Below, piece after piece: positions 1-12,960 of a stretch of 64,000 bases of DNA. How positions within the stretch are numbered: position 1 is the first letter of the stretch; every line of letters starts with the position of its first letter. The position numbers and the translations under genes are program-made. A model generated the notes under the pieces. That model searched no databases, was not told the origin of the DNA, and was given only the letters and a program-made list of their open reading frames with translations. Origin of the DNA: Eledone cirrhosa (lineage: Eukaryota); the NCBI GenBank assembly GCA_964016885.1, contig OZ024746.1, positions 22,568,001 to 22,632,000 on the forward strand. Direction: 5' to 3'.

Positions 1-172
1 ATATATATATATATATAGTATATATATATAGTATATATATATAGTATATATATATAGTATATATATATAGTATATATATATAGTATATATATATATAGTA
101 TATATATATATAGTATATATATATATAGTATATATATATATAGTATATATATATATAGTATATATATATATA

Positions 173-210
<38 letters not shown>

Positions 211-244
211 TATACATAGTATATATATATATATATATATATAT
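1..244. repeat. (TA)n microsatellite with periodic G
   Basis: Direct inspection. Confidence 0.95.
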
Positions 245-286
245 ACAATATTAACAAATGGAAACTATATTTATAAAACCATATTT

Positions 287-349
287 ATTTCATTATACAT
301 ATTTCAAGGACACCAAGTTAAATTATGGTGTGCTTTCATCAGATAAAAT
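287..349 (-). ncRNA. minimal type-I hammerhead ribozyme motif (inverted copy of 434-496)
   Basis: AUUUUAU-CUGAUGA-AAGCACACCA/UGGUGUCCUU-GAAA-UAUGUA-UA-AUGAAAU on minus strand. Confidence 0.7.
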
Positions 350-433
350 ATAATATAAATCAGTTTTATAAATACATATTGACAAACCCTTAAAGAATGC
401 AACCTATTGCTGTTGGAAGCTCCTGGATATTAT

Positions 434-496
434 ATTTTATCTGATGAAAGCACACCATAATTTAACTTGGTGTCCTTGAAATATGTATAATGAAAT
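434..496 (+). ncRNA. minimal type-I hammerhead ribozyme motif
   Basis: Stem I AUUUUAU/AUGAAAU, CUGAUGA, stem II ACACCA/UGGUGU, GAAA, near-palindromic UAUGUA, AUA triplet. Confidence 0.7.
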
Positions 497-625
497 TAAT
501 ATGGTTTTATAAATAAAGTTTCCATTTGTTAATATCGTATTTTTACTCCAAATATTTGTTGAGTGCTTTATATCAGTTATAAAAATATTTGCTTGTTGTA
601 TCCCAACAATTTAAATAGAACTTTT

Positions 626-629
<4 letters not shown>

Positions 630-672
<43 letters not shown>

Positions 673-838
673 GGATATATAATATTTGTATATAGCATAT
701 ATATATATATATGGATATATAATATTTGTATATAGCATATATATATATATATATATATGTGTGTGGATATATAATATTTGTATATAGCATATATATATAT
801 ATATATATATATATATGGATATATCATATTTGTATATA

Positions 839-872
<34 letters not shown>

Positions 873-1670
873 ATATATAATATTTGTATATAGCATATAT
901 ATATATATATATATATGGATATATAATATTTGTATATAGCATATATATATATATATATATATATGGATATATAATATTTGTATATAGCATATATATATAT
1001 ATATATATGGATATATAATATTTGTATATAGCATATATATATATATATATATATGTGGATATATAATATTTGTATATAGCATATATATATATATATATAT
1101 GTGGATATATAATATTTGTATATAGCATATATGTATATATATATATGGATATATAATATTTGTATATAGCATATATATATATATATATATATGGATATAT
1201 AATATTTGTATATAGCATATATATATATATATGGATATATAATATTTGTATCTATATATATATATATATATATATGGATATATAATATTTGTATATAGCA
1301 TATATATATATATATGGATATATAATATTTGTATCTATATATATATATATATATATATGGATATATAATATTTGTATCTATATATATATATATATATATA
1401 TGGATATATAATATTTGTATCTATATATATATATATATATATATGAATATATAATGTTTGTATCTATATATATATATATATATATATGGATATATAATAT
1501 TTGTATCTATATATATATATATATATATATGAATATATAATGTTTGTATCTATATATATATATATATATATGGATATATAATATTTGTATCTATATATAT
1601 ATATATATATATGGATATATAATATTTGTAATATATGTTATATATATATAGTATATATATATATATATAA
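630..1670. repeat. minisatellite: tggatatataatatttgtatatagca core separated by variable (TA)n
   Basis: More than 20 units; variant ending gtatcta dominates after ~1250. Confidence 0.95.
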
Positions 1671-2998
1671 ATATTGTGGCTAGTTCTTACAATGGCACCA
1701 CACCAGGTGTAAACATTTTGTTGGTCGTGAGGACTTACTTGTTCAACCTGTGCCGATGAAAATGAACCGGACAATCTAGCCTGGTATGGCGCTGTTGTAG
1801 TAACTGACCTTAATAATTATATTCAAACTTGCCCTACAGACTTGAGTTGCTCTCTACCTTGGACTTTTTACCTATCTACACTACTATATATATATATATA
1901 TATATATACGGGGCAACAAATAATAGTTAAATGCAGTCCACTTAGGTAAAGTCCAGTTATGGTATTCCAGGTAGTGGATGATATTAACGCTTGGCTTGGT
2001 TTGACTCAACAAGGCGTTTTCATAGTGATGCTGCGGGTATGCCGTAATTCCTATGTTGTAAACACTTGGAGTAATAATAAATCAGGAAAGAAGGTTGACA
2101 TGGTTTGCTATACAAAATAAGCGAATAGCGATCTCTAGACCTACCAGTTCAGAGAAACAAATGTCAGCTATGAGATTAAAAACCTTTTTTGTATAGCAAA
2201 CCATGTCAACCTTCTTTCCTGATTTATATATATATATATATAAAAGGATGAATCTGGGATAATCTTACTATACTTTTTGAAAATAAAGTATGTTGTTGGA
2301 ATATATGAAATACCTAATTGGAATTATCTTGTAACATAATTTTTATCATAAGACACTTGCTGTTCCTTCTAGAATATTTTGGTTCGTTTCTCTTTAACAC
2401 CATTCAACAGTTATATGATGAATGAAATCACACACACACACACACACATATTATTTATATCATCATCATCATCGTTTAACGTCCATGTTCCACGCTTGCA
2501 TGGGTTTGGACGGGAGTTTTCCCACTTGAGGCAAGAGTGGTTGTCTTGCTCGCATAGGACTGTCTGGCGGGTTTTCTACAGCTGGATGCCCTTCCTAACA
2601 CCAACCACATTTACAGTGTGGGGCTGGATATATATATATATATATAATATGTGTGTGTGGGTGTGTATGTATATTTTATTTTGTATCAGTATTGGTATAA
2701 AATTAATTATCCGTCTGCTTTGTGTAAATCTGTCACCACACAATGTTTGTAATCTGGGAAACATACCAATATATGTTCTATAACAGCTGCATTTTGATAC
2801 ATTTATATAAATATATATATATATACACACACTCACACACTCTCTCTCTCTCTCTCTCTGGGGTAAATACAAGTAAAAGAAAAGAACAATCAACACATAT
2901 GAAACATGAGAATATTTATATTAACAATTTATCTTGTTTATACATTACCAGTGGTTTTAAAATCAATCTCATCAGATGTCTTCGAAAATATTTTCTAA

Positions 2999-3052
2999 TG
3001 CATCTGATGAATGAAATAGATTTGTTTGTATCTTGAAACCACTGGTAATGCA
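2999..3052 (+). ncRNA. type-I hammerhead ribozyme motif (weak stem II)
   Basis: UGCAU-CUGAUGA-(imperfect stem II)-GAAA-CCACUGG-UA-AUGCA; degenerate inverted partner at 2942-2979 has GAAA changed to AAAA. Confidence 0.55.
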
Positions 3053-3159
3053 GAAATAAGCTAAACTGTTATTATAAATACTATGTATGTCTGTGTGTGT
3101 ATATATATATATGTAAATATTATGTATATTTATATGTAAATATTATGCGTATATATATA

Positions 3160-3201
<42 letters not shown>

Positions 3202-3415
3202 ATAATAATAAATTTGGAGACTAAAATCCAAAGAGGGCTCGCTAAGGATAAATATATATCAGATATATAAGAGCTGTAAAGCAAATATTTATTAAAATAA
3301 CATTAAAGTTTAAGCAAAGAATCGCTGCTTTCACCCTTAACGGGATCTTCTGAGTTTCAACTTTAATCTGTTATTTTAATAAATATATATATAGATATAT
3401 GTAAATACTATGTAT

Positions 3416-3447
<32 letters not shown>

Positions 3448-4586
3448 GTATTATATATATGTAAATACTATGTATACACACACACATATATAGCTGGATT
3501 GTAAACAATTGAATATCTATCCTTAATCACATAACTGTATGGCCACCTGTTCAATAATCAGTTTATGCATTAATTACATTAATTAGCTTTAAGTTTGTTG
3601 AAATTAATTTATTTTTTCATACTTTTCAATCAGATGCTATCACGTGGATTCTTTGTTTATTTTATTTCCTTTAACATATTTTTAATTACAGTTATAACCT
3701 AAATTCAATCAATATCCTACATGAAAATTTGGTTTAAAACAATTAGTATTACAAATTGTATATACACACACTCATACTGACACATACACACATATACAGA
3801 TAGACAGACAGACACACATATAGACATGTTAGAAATTAACTGAGCTTCAGATACCTAGATGGAACAATACATATTGTATATATTATTGTTTATTTACTGT
3901 TTTCTTTTGGTTTCCAATTCATTTGGACCAATCATTAGATCAATATATGAAGTCTAGTTTGTCTAATTTAGCTAAATGTTACAAGCATGATATAATACCA
4001 CTTGTTGTTGTTGTATAGTCCCATGTCAGTTCCAATCAAGAGCTGATCGAATAAGTTCAATATTGAATCTATGGCTGATAATTTCTCCAGTCCTATTAAC
4101 CCTTTTGTTACCATATTTCTAATGGAAAGCACTGCCTAAAACTTCCAAATAATTTTGAAAATAATCAAGAGTGATTTAGAAATATAACTTTCTCAATATT
4201 AAGCTGGTGTCTGGAACATTACTTAATAAAGGTTCTTCGATAAAATTATAATGGAAGGTTTTTAGATAAATACAAACATTTTAAAATAAACAGTTTTGTA
4301 TCCTAGAACCAGAGGTGGTTTCAGGTGATTTGGTATCAAAAGGGTTAAATGTTTAAATCTTTATATTCCAAATTTTTTTTATGCCCAAATTAACGCACAG
4401 ACATGTCCAAAAAGGAAAGAAAGATCTTGTGAATCTCCTATGTGAATTTTCCAGATCTTCCAAAGATGCTTGTTATTTTTTAGCTTTCTAGATATTTTAT
4501 GATTTATCTAGAAACGGGGACATTTTCTTTTATATTGCAAAACTCTTGTTACAATGATTCTTTTATTTTCTCTTCACTTTTTGAAG

Positions 4587-4628
4587 GATTATAATGAAGA
4601 AAATGTAAAGAGAAAACTCAGTTTGTAA
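4587..4628 (+). CDS. possible terminal coding exon of a plus-strand gene (DYNEENVKRKLSL*)
   Basis: Long pyrimidine tract ttcttttattttctcttcactttttgaag, followed by U-rich UTR-like DNA and AATAAA near 9112. Confidence 0.25.
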   Translation, partial: DYNEENVKRKLSL

Positions 4629-5077
4629 ACACTCCAGTTTTAACAAGGTCCATGGCCTAGTGGTTAAGGTGTTGAACTGATGATCATGAGGTCATGGGTT
4701 TAATTCCTGGACTAATTGATGAATTGTGTTCTTAAGTAAAATATTAAAATATTTTATTTCCCATTGTTCTTTCTGCCAGGTTTTGCAACCAACAGATAGT
4801 ATCAGCTTTGGAAAGACCAATGGGAACATTGTGTCGTTGGTCCAATCTTATGATCAGTACCTTTCCTCTCTTCCCTTTATTAACAATTATTAACAAGGCT
4901 ATATGTTTTTTTATGGGAAGATGAATGAATTTAATAGCTGCATGATTCTTATTAACCCTTTACCTACTAGAGAAGCCCCATTACTGACAAAAACCTTTCA
5001 AATTGCCACATTTAATTGATAAAACCAGTTTACAGTATTTTTTTTTTTTTTTTTGATAAAATCATTTTTGTAACGAA

Positions 5078-5130
<53 letters not shown>

Positions 5131-5344
5131 ATATGTATAAATGCCTTTAGTAGTGTACAGAATAATATATTAAAGTATTACTGTCAGAAGTAATAAAACA
5201 ATTCATCACTTGAATAAAAATTAAAAAATAGAATAACAAACATTGTTTATAATTTGTATGTATTATAAACATTTTATTATATTTTTCATTCAAGTGATAA
5301 ACATGTCTTATTACTTCTTCTGGCAGCGATACTTTATTAATAAA

Positions 5345-5384
<40 letters not shown>

Positions 5385-5460
5385 TCAGAACATACACACA
5401 CATATACTCATGATATATATGATAATTGTGCTAAGTCTATCTTGGATATTGCTTCAGTAA

Positions 5461-5571
5461 CTATTTCCCTGCATTGCTAACTGGTTCATTGTTCATTGAT
5501 TGGTTTCTCCGTCTGCTGAAACCCCGTCTTTTTTTGGTGGCTGTCCCTACGCACAATGCTTTATTGGTGAC
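5461..5571 (-). CDS. possible terminal coding exon (VTNKALCVGTATKKRRGFSRRRNQSMNNEPVSNAGK*)
   Basis: ctacattttag acceptor; only the phase-0 frame stays open for more than a few codons; non-repetitive, GC-richer than flanks. Confidence 0.3.
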   Translation of the reverse strand, partial: VTNKALCVGTATKKRRGFSRRRNQSMNNEPVSNAGK

Positions 5572-8500
5572 CTAAAATGTAGACTAATTAAACAAAAACA
5601 ACAACGATGATAACTGTTTACACTAATAATGACATCAATGATTAAAGATAAGCAGATATTTTAATTTATGCCAAAGGAGAGACATTTAAAACATGCAACG
5701 TTAGCCACTCTTGCTGCCTAAATTCACATCTCTGCTCTTTCCTATAATTCTTGAAGTATGCACTATTAGGTCTGCAGGCAATGTTTGTCGTCATTGTTAC
5801 TGCTTAACAATGTTCTATAAGTTATATTATTGTAATAATACTGTCTGCTTATGTTCAGATGATTTTTAAAAAACAATTTAGTCATGTCTTCAGATGTTAT
5901 CATAGTTTATATAGATGGCTATAACATTGTCTATTTAGCTTTGTCTTTTGATGGTTTTGTTGTCTCCATAAATGACTAATATAGTGTTTATTATTATAGT
6001 TGGTTGATTCACAATATCAGTAGAGCATTGGACAACATGCTTTGCAGCATATAATTACTTTGCTTTGCATTCTGAGTTCAAATCCCACCAAGGTTAACAT
6101 TGTTTTTCATCCTTACATGGTTGATAAAATAAAGTACCAGTAACACACTGGGGGTTGATTTTATTGACTTTCCCCTCCCCCAAAAACCATTATTATAGTT
6201 ACTGTCCAAAATTGTTTAAAAGTAAATTATATGGTATAAATAGCTAGTTTGTATATGTTATACACTTATATACATGTGTATCCACACACATTGAAGTAAG
6301 AAATAATTTTGATATCATCCTGTTAATATTAAGAACTTTCATATAATATATTCAGTATTACTATGTAGTTGTTGCAGTTTGCTCATGTTTGTCAGTATTT
6401 GCTATTCTATGAATTAACTCTTTGTGGACATATTTTTAATAAATTAAACCATACATGTATGTTTCAATAAATTTTGAAAATAAATCAAGAATTTGGAAAA
6501 CTGGCTTGTTCATAGCTAAGCTGGTGTTAGATACATATCCAAACAAAAGCTTATTCATTGTTAAGCTGATGTTTTATACATACCTGAACAAAAGGTTCTT
6601 AAAATGCGAGAGAAGGTTTTTAATTTAAGTATGAATAGTTTAAAACGAGCAGTTTTTTAATTTTTCTTTTTTTTAAAATCAGAATGAGAGGTGACCTCTG
6701 GTAGGTTAATATTAAAAAAGGGTTAACGTAATGAATGAAGATACTCAACAAAAGTATTTGTAGAATACAACCCCCACTAGTGTGTTATACTGTGGTGTTT
6801 TGTCCTTGTTTGAAGGCTTAAAATTGAAATTATTTTCTGTGTGTATATAAACATAAAACAACCTCTATTATGATAGCTTTTAACTTAGCTGGAATTGAAT
6901 AGTGACTATATCATATATATTTGAAATATCTATAACTTTTTTATAGGATTAATATATGGATTAGGGCTGTAGATTGGCAGAATTGTTAGAGCAACAGACT
7001 AAATACCTTGCAGTATTTGATATCATCTTTTTCAATTCTGAGCTAAAAATAAAATCCTGCCATGGTCAACTTTGCCTTTCATCCTTTCAGGGGTCAATAA
7101 AATAATGTACCAGTCATATACTGGGATTGATATGTACTGTCTCCTTCCCACCAATATTTACGGATTACTGCTTTTTAGCTGATCTCTTGTCAAGTGAGTT
7201 GCTTTCCTCAGTGCTGGCATATTTTCCATTCCTGTTTTGGTGTAGAAATTTGGTTTATTCTTCAGTATTTCTAATTCTTTCGTTAAGAAATGGTGAAACT
7301 TGGGAAAATTAATTTATGAAGATTAATTTTGTTTGTTTCATTTTTCATTTAAACTGAATATGTTTACATTCACTTAAACTTTTAGATAAAAACATTTTCT
7401 TTGCTTCTGTTGTAAATTAGAAAATCCAACTCATATAATGCTAGTTGGTGTCCTATCTTATTTCCTTTTTTGTTTGCAACAGGTTAAAATATTTTGAATA
7501 TTTTTTTGATAAATTTATATATTCATATATTAATATATATGTAGTATTTTTTCTTTAGATAAAAGTTTTATTTGTGGCATTTCAATTTGCAATGAAAATG
7601 TCTCACAGAATTAAATTATCAAACTCGTGTTAAATTCTTTAATTAATCCTAACTAGCTTTTCTTACACTGATTGACTTTTTTTTTTTTTTTTTTTCTTGT
7701 AATGAAGCTGAATAAATAGGATGAGATTATATCAGTTTGTTAGCGAAGGTGTATTACCTTATGATTAAATTGTTGGACTCACCGGTTTAATCCCAGGTTC
7801 AGCCAGCTTATTGTCTTTGAGCAAGACATTTTATTTCACATTGCTCTGAGCTACTGAGCAACACCTGGTGGCAGAGGGGAATTCATCTTGCTACAGATTA
7901 GTTCTCATCCAAGAGGAAATTATATGCTCTCAATTGCTTAGCTCCCTGTTTGACTGGGTTGGAGCTTATCCCAGTTTGTCACTGAGTTTGATAATATAAA
8001 TTTATCAATGTTAAACAAAGAGGTGGATATTTAATTTAATGTGGGCAACATCTAACTAAAACTAACAAGTGATTTAAGGACCATTTTCCCTGCTGGATCA
8101 AGGATTAGGCTTACAGGCCCTCATGAGAGACTTAATACCCATCATGGGTTCCTTTTTGAGGCAATATTTTACAGCCATATGCCTGGCATCAACCTGTTTA
8201 AATCATCTTTTACGATATGCAAGGATAAAGTGTACCTATTCTAAACCAGGTATACACAGTATCAATTACTATAGATATAAACTATGGTAGTTTAATCTTT
8301 CCTCGTGGCCTATTGAAATGCTTCAAAATTGAATCACTGTATGAGGACTTTAGATCTCATAAAATAGTTTTCATTGTTTTGTTGTTTCTTTTATTAGTTT
8401 AACCAAACAAATGAAAAATGTCTTTGTGTTTCTACGTTGAAATGTTTTCCTATTTCTTAAAACTGCCAAAAAAAATAAAGGAAGATTTTCTTGGTGTTTT

Positions 8501-9039
8501 TAACATGTCAAATTCTTTGATACAGCATCAGTTCACAGTCATTAATTTTCATTATGTTTGTGTGAATGGGAGTATGAGAAACGGGCTGGATGAGGAGAGA
8601 ATGTGTGTCTTGTACACGAAAAAATCTTACATGTATTGCATGTATCTTCCATTGTCCTCCCTCTACTATTTTTTTAGTTTTTCGTTTTGTGTTTTTTCCC
8701 CTAATTTTTCAATTCCCCTTGTTTTTTTCCCCCGATTGTATCTTCAAAATATATAGATCTTCCCTGGCAGGTAAATTCATTCATTTTTTTTTTTTTGCAA
8801 AATGTCAGCCATTATCAGTCTGATCTTTCTCTCTCTCATAGATATTCTCTCTCTCTCTATATATATATATATGTAAGTATGTATGTGTGTATATATATAT
8901 TCTTTTTTTTTTTTCCTTCACCACAATGTGGTGTAAAAAGATATGACGACTGTTATTTGGCTAAAAAAAGAAGTCTTATCCCTCCACTCCAACCCTCAAT
9001 TGTACATTTAAAAAAAATATAAATTTCAATTCATTTCTG

Positions 9040-9070
<31 letters not shown>

Positions 9071-9829
9071 CATGGTAGGGGGCCATGTCTTTTCTGTTGT
9101 CCTTTGAAGAAATAAAAACTAAAAGAACAAATCTCTATATCTCAACTTGTTTGTCTTTCTTAATTTAACCTCACAGACATAGGAAGGGCATCCAGCTGTA
9201 GAAATCTAGTCAGAAATAGTTCTGTATAAGCAGGACACAGTCACCTGACCCAACTTCTCAAATGGGATAACCCGTCTAACCCATGCTAGCATAGAAAGTG
9301 GAAGTTAAACGATGATGATGATGAGACATGCTCCGAATTGAGATATCATAGCTCTGATACTATGGGCATGGGGTTAAGAATTGCTGGACAGATTTTATGA
9401 GCAAAACCAAAAAGCAGGAGACCCAGGGGTAAACTCTGAGCAAGAAGGTTGGGTAACATCCATGAGTTCAGCTGGTCTCACTTGGGGATTCAGCCAGATT
9501 AATTGGAGATGATTGCTTCTGACAGGACCTGCTGGAAGGAGTGTTTGAGGACTCTGCCCCAACAAACCTCCCAGGAATAAGTAGGTGAAGAAGAGCCATG
9601 TATGTATACATGCATGCAGTCATGGCTGTGTGGTCAAGAAGTTTGCTTCACAACCACTTGGTTTTTTTTTTTTTTTGTTCTATCCCACTATATGAGTTGT
9701 TTGTCTTTCTTAGTTACTAACATCGTGTACCTCATGAAACCATATTAGAAAGACATTATTGAAAAGTACAAAACAGCACTATAACTGCATTACATACAAA
9801 AATTAGTCATTACTTTAGTTTAAAGCTAA

Positions 9830-10245
9830 TTTCCACAAGGGTCTGTGTACAAAAAACAATGTATTTTCAATGCTCCTATATGGGTGTGAAACAAGGAAAG
9901 TGAAGACCAGCCAAGAGACCCAATTAAATGCTTTTGACAACAAATGCCTACAGAAAATTCTTGGCACAAGGTGGGATGCCGTCATCACCAACAAAGAAGT
10001 TTGTCAACATGTCTAACATCATGTGCAAGTGTCGACTTGGTTGGTTGGGACATGACACGCTAATCAGGTCCTGTATTAGTAACCCCATAGACAGAGGCAA
10101 AGTGGATGTCCCGAGATGAACTGGTGGAAGATAATTGACGGACCTGAAACCTGTCAACTAAAGTTGGAACAATGTATTGACAGATTCAACTGATCATGGT
10201 CATTGGAGCACTTCGGCTGCCTCATTCATCTTAAGATATAGGAGC
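9830..10245 (+). mobile_element. degenerate RTE-clade LINE 3' fragment
   Basis: LLYGCET..LNAFDNKCLQKILG.RW..ITNKEV, then RLGWLGH in a shifted frame. Confidence 0.75.
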
Positions 10246-11779
10246 TTTTGTCTGTCCTCTCGTAAAGATACTATAAATATTTGATTTAACAAACTTGTTT
10301 TTAGATATTTTCTGCTAAATCATTAAGGACTGAAATAAACATATGGTTATGTCTGCCTGAATAGATGCTTATAAGGATAGGTTCCTACTGCATAATTTTG
10401 TATTGACTTATGATTGAAATTTGGTATATGGAAGTTGTGTGTATGCATATATATATACACATGGAGAGAGACCAAGAAGACCTTGGTGGAAGTGGTGAGA
10501 GCTGATCTCAAATTGCTGAGACTCACAGGTGAGAGGATAAAGGAACGCAGCATGTGGAGAGATGCCATATTCAAATGCATGCAAAAATGATGATGATGAT
10601 GATATATGTATATTTTATAATATATATATATATATATATATGAGGGTATTGTAGTTTGCTTGAAGCAGTGAGTTTGTATATAAAGCAGTGTTATTTGAAG
10701 GCTGGACAGTAGATTTTGGAATATATTGAAGGCAACAAAGATGCTTATGTGTCACCTGTTATTTTATTTCGGGTCTAAAAACTCTTTGTCAGAAAACCTA
10801 ATAAGAAACTGGTTCGAAGTTTGTGTTTTTGTTGTTACTGGCTCGTCATTTTTAAGAAAATGAGGATTGATATTCTAAGATTCAAATTTCAGTTTTGTTC
10901 TTCAAAAATTTCACTAAGTTATTTGAAAAACTGTCATGATAAAAAAAAAAAGCACCTAGTTTGCTCTGTAAGTTGGTAGTACTGGTTCCACAATAAAATG
11001 CTCCCAGTACAAGATGTACAGTGGTTGGCATTAGGAAGGACAGCCAGTCGTATAAACCGAGTTAAAAACAAAAGATGCCAAAGACTTAATCCCTTGAGTG
11101 TCTACTCTCAGAATTTGACAACCCTTCTAACCCATGCAGGCATGGAAAATAGTCAAATGGTGGTATGGTGATGATGATGTGCAAAAATTTGACTATGTTC
11201 TTTTTTGCTCGTAGAGCCCTTATGAACTCTATTTTTCTCAGCACACTTCCTTCTCTTCAATTTAACATTGTACAATCTACTACACCTCTATTTACAATGC
11301 TGCATATATTTTAAATGGGGATGCATGGCCTAGTGGTAGGTGTATTGGACTTAACATCATAATGTCGTGGGTTTGGTTCCTGAACTGGTTTGTGTGTTGT
11401 GTTCTTGAGCAAAGCACTTCATTTCACGTTGTTCCAGTATAGTCAGCCGAAGGTCCTATCCAGGGGAAAGTATTTTATTCTCAGTCGCTTAATGTAATGG
11501 AAACCAGAATAAGCTTCCAAGCTCGAGACAGAATTTAAACATTTAGACATATTTTGAATAGAGGTTTTTGTGGGTTCAGTAAATAAGTAACATACATGCT
11601 TTTCATGCTGTATATACAGGAATATAAGGTATGCTCCCTCAGCACGGTGCATATATTTAGTTTTTCTTTTGTTTTTATTTTTTATAAATATTTCAAAGTA
11701 CTATTTTGTTGTATTAAAACAAAGTACTACAATAGTGAAATATTTTAATTCCAAGATGTTTGGCAAGTGATTTGATATG

Positions 11780-12960
11780 AGAACGTGTGTTGAAACTGAA
11801 GCAATTGCATTGCGGAAGTGTCATTTTAGTCGACTCTTACAGGATGAAATATTTTACCTTTTAACAAAACTCTTTAAAAAAATAACAATTATTTCCGTCA
11901 CACCATCTAGAACTTCGAATAGAATTATTTGCGGTATTTGTTCGGGCTCTCTACTCTCGGAGTTCAAATCCCGCCGTGGTCAACTTTGCCTTTCATCCTT
12001 TCAAGGTCGATTTAAAAAAAAAAGTACCAGTCTAGTACTGAAATTGATTCTTCTATTCTTTCACTGTCTATCTCTGGAAGAAATCTGCTGTGTTCAGACT
12101 TTGAGAGGGGGTGGGTCCCGCCAGGTTTTAAAATGCCCTAAGAAACGTCGTATGTCAATACGTTGTACCTCAGGAATTACGGGTACATACCATTAGAAAA
12201 CAAGAATTATTTCCCCTTGTAATATAGAACGGGAGATAACTCATTGCTATTTACAATTTAGCAATATAATTGTTTCTACTTTTTTTTGGCACAAGGCCAG
12301 CAAATACTCAGTGCATTACTGGTACTTTATTTTATCGACCCCGTAAAGATGAAAGGCAAAGTCAACCTCGACGGGATTTGAACTCAGATCGTAAAGGGAC
12401 GTAACTATGCTGGAAAGCATGGCGTCCGACCCTCTACCGATACTGATAATGCTTTCTTTATTAACAATATAATGATGTTTTCTTAAGATCGGAAATAAAA
12501 AGTAATATATTCAAATTCAATTGTTTATATTTACAAACAGGACGTACCTTTGGATTCACGGTGCTATGCAGAAAAGATGGCGAAAGCATCGCCATGGAAA
12601 ACACCCAATGATACCAGCTATTCAACCTCGCATTGTAAACTCTACACGCTTGGCTAAACGTTAGTTCACTCTATTTCTGGCATGGACAAAGTAGTGTCTA
12701 TAACTCGATATTTCCAATTTTCTGGGGGTTTTCGATAATATTTATACCTTTATCTTGTGCTACACCATATATTTTAAAATAAATATTTCTTTAAAGGAAG
12801 CTGTTCGCCACAGGATCAGCAAGTAATGCCAAAGACTATCTCTAATGTTTACGTCTAAAGTATGTCTCGGGTCCGTGATCTTAAGTTCAACACCCTTCCC
12901 ACTAGGCCACACGCCTCTACTGATGGTGGCTAAGATATCCAAAACATCTCGAAAAAAGAC
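11780..12960. promoter_or_regulatory. CpG-retaining putative promoter region
   Basis: More intact CpGs than flanks, even inside SINE copies; CGGAAGTG (ETS-like) at ~11813; AAGATGGCG (YY1-like) at ~12574. Confidence 0.35.
12548..12595 (-). CDS. possible first coding exon of a small unknown gene (MAMLSPSFLHSTVNPK)
   Basis: ccATGG start, AAG|GTACGT donor, locally CpG-rich; no homology recognised. Confidence 0.3.

Noticed and set aside
577-1301. Long YIYI-rich ORFs (also the many VCMY/HTYI ORFs elsewhere)
   Set aside because: Translations of TA, CA and TATG repeats
12541-12664. Plus-strand exon after tttacaaacag
   Set aside because: No partner exons or recognisable protein; the minus-strand ATG plus donor reading is at least as good
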